From Mobula birostris (lineage: Eukaryota), in the NCBI RefSeq assembly GCF_030028105.1, contig NC_092381.1, forward strand, positions 34,761,550 to 34,825,549: a DNA stretch of 64,000 nt, written 5' to 3'. This document shows, in pieces, positions 63,142-64,000 of the stretch. Below the pieces are notes generated by a model. It did no database searches and was not told the origin of the DNA. It saw only the letters and a program-made list of their open reading frames with translations. Numbering within the stretch: position 1 is the stretch's first letter; each line of letters begins with the position of its first letter. The translations under genes and the position numbers were made by a program.

Positions 63142-63412
63142 TAGAAATCTGATAGATAATTCTAAAAAGAATAACAAAATCAGTGGAAGTCTTAAAAAAT
63201 TAACATGCTTTCAAAATCTATACACTGATTGATGAGGGACGAAAACATTGTGTGCTGTGTACATTGAAGGACAATCTTCCCCAAATCTCTGCTGGCAGCA
63301 GAACAGATCTTTCAAATGATACAGATGAACTCTTATTTATTTATTGACACACTGGATAGAATAAGCCTTTCCGGCCCTTCAAGCCAGGCTACCCAGCAAT
63401 CCCCCAATTTAT

Positions 63413-64000
63413 GTCGTCATCTTCAGAAGTTTTCTGATGACTCTGCCATAGTTGGATGCATCAGCAAGGGAGATGAGGCTGAGTACAGGGCTATGGTAGG
63501 AAACTTTGTCACATGGTGTGAGCAGAATTATCTGCAGCTTAATGTGAAAAAGACTAAGGAGCTGGTGGTAGATCTGAGGAGAGCTAAGGCACCGGCGACC
63601 CCTGTTTCCATTCGGGGGTCAGTGTGGACATAGTGGAGGATTACAAATACCTGGGGATACGAATTGACAATAAACTGGACTGGTCAAAGAACACTGAGGC
63701 TGTCTACAAGAAGGGTCAGAGCCGTCTCTATTTCCTGAGGAGACTGAGGTCCTTTAACATCTGCCCGACGATGCTGAGGATGTTCTACGAGTCTCTGGTG
63801 GCCAGTGCTATCATGTTTGCTGTTGTGTGCTGGGGCAGCAGACACCAACAGAATCAACAAACTCATTTGTAAGGCCAGTGATGTTGTGGGGATGGAACTG
63901 GACCCTCTAATGGTGGTGTCTGAAAAGAGGATGCTGTCCAAGTTGCATGCCATCTTGGACAATGTCTCCCATCCACTACATAATGTACTGGTTGGGCACA
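63413..64000 (+). mobile_element. Second Rex1/Babar copy (5'-truncated, runs off the window), upstream of the PARS2 coding exon in its presumed first intron
   Basis: Near-identical to about 56388-56985 (HLQKFSDDSAIVGCISKGDEAEYR...). Confidence 0.92.

Noticed and set aside
63142-63177. First 12 residues (MLFFLELSIRFL) of the 481-aa PARS2 ORF
   Set aside because: They start at a TTG and cross a polypyrimidine/AG acceptor (63162-63163); the first ATG is at 63141

Overview
Vertebrate genomic DNA. The repeat content (CR1 with esterase ORF1, Rex1/Babar, Penelope-like elements, V-SINE- and SacSINE-like relics) suggests a cartilaginous fish; this is inference. Four protein-coding genes were reconstructed from splice signals and reading-frame continuity. 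PIGB (- strand) has exons 1-7 here and continues off the left edge. A TMEM205-family gene (+ strand, 188 aa) lies head-to-head with PIGB. TTC4 (- strand) has 10 exons and 391 aa. PARS2 (- strand) has one coding exon and 469 aa. Introns and intergenic DNA are dense with decayed, often nested mobile elements: CR1, Rex1, Penelope, Tc1, hAT, Tigger-like, a solo LTR and SINE relics. There is one 149-N assembly gap. Most notable: (1) Penelope-like insertions built as inverted repeats inside target-site duplications and carrying minimal hammerhead ribozyme motifs, including a 3.4-kb fold-back in TTC4 intron 4 whose two ribozymes share a non-cleavable GUG triplet; (2) a minor-spliceosome (U12) intron in PIGB that keeps frame only with non-canonical AT-AA ends, next to an out-of-frame AG; (3) a TSD-bounded, ORF-less LINE-derived element just behind PARS2; (4) a probable TMEM205 paralog sharing a promoter with PIGB. 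No CRISPR or prokaryotic system is present.
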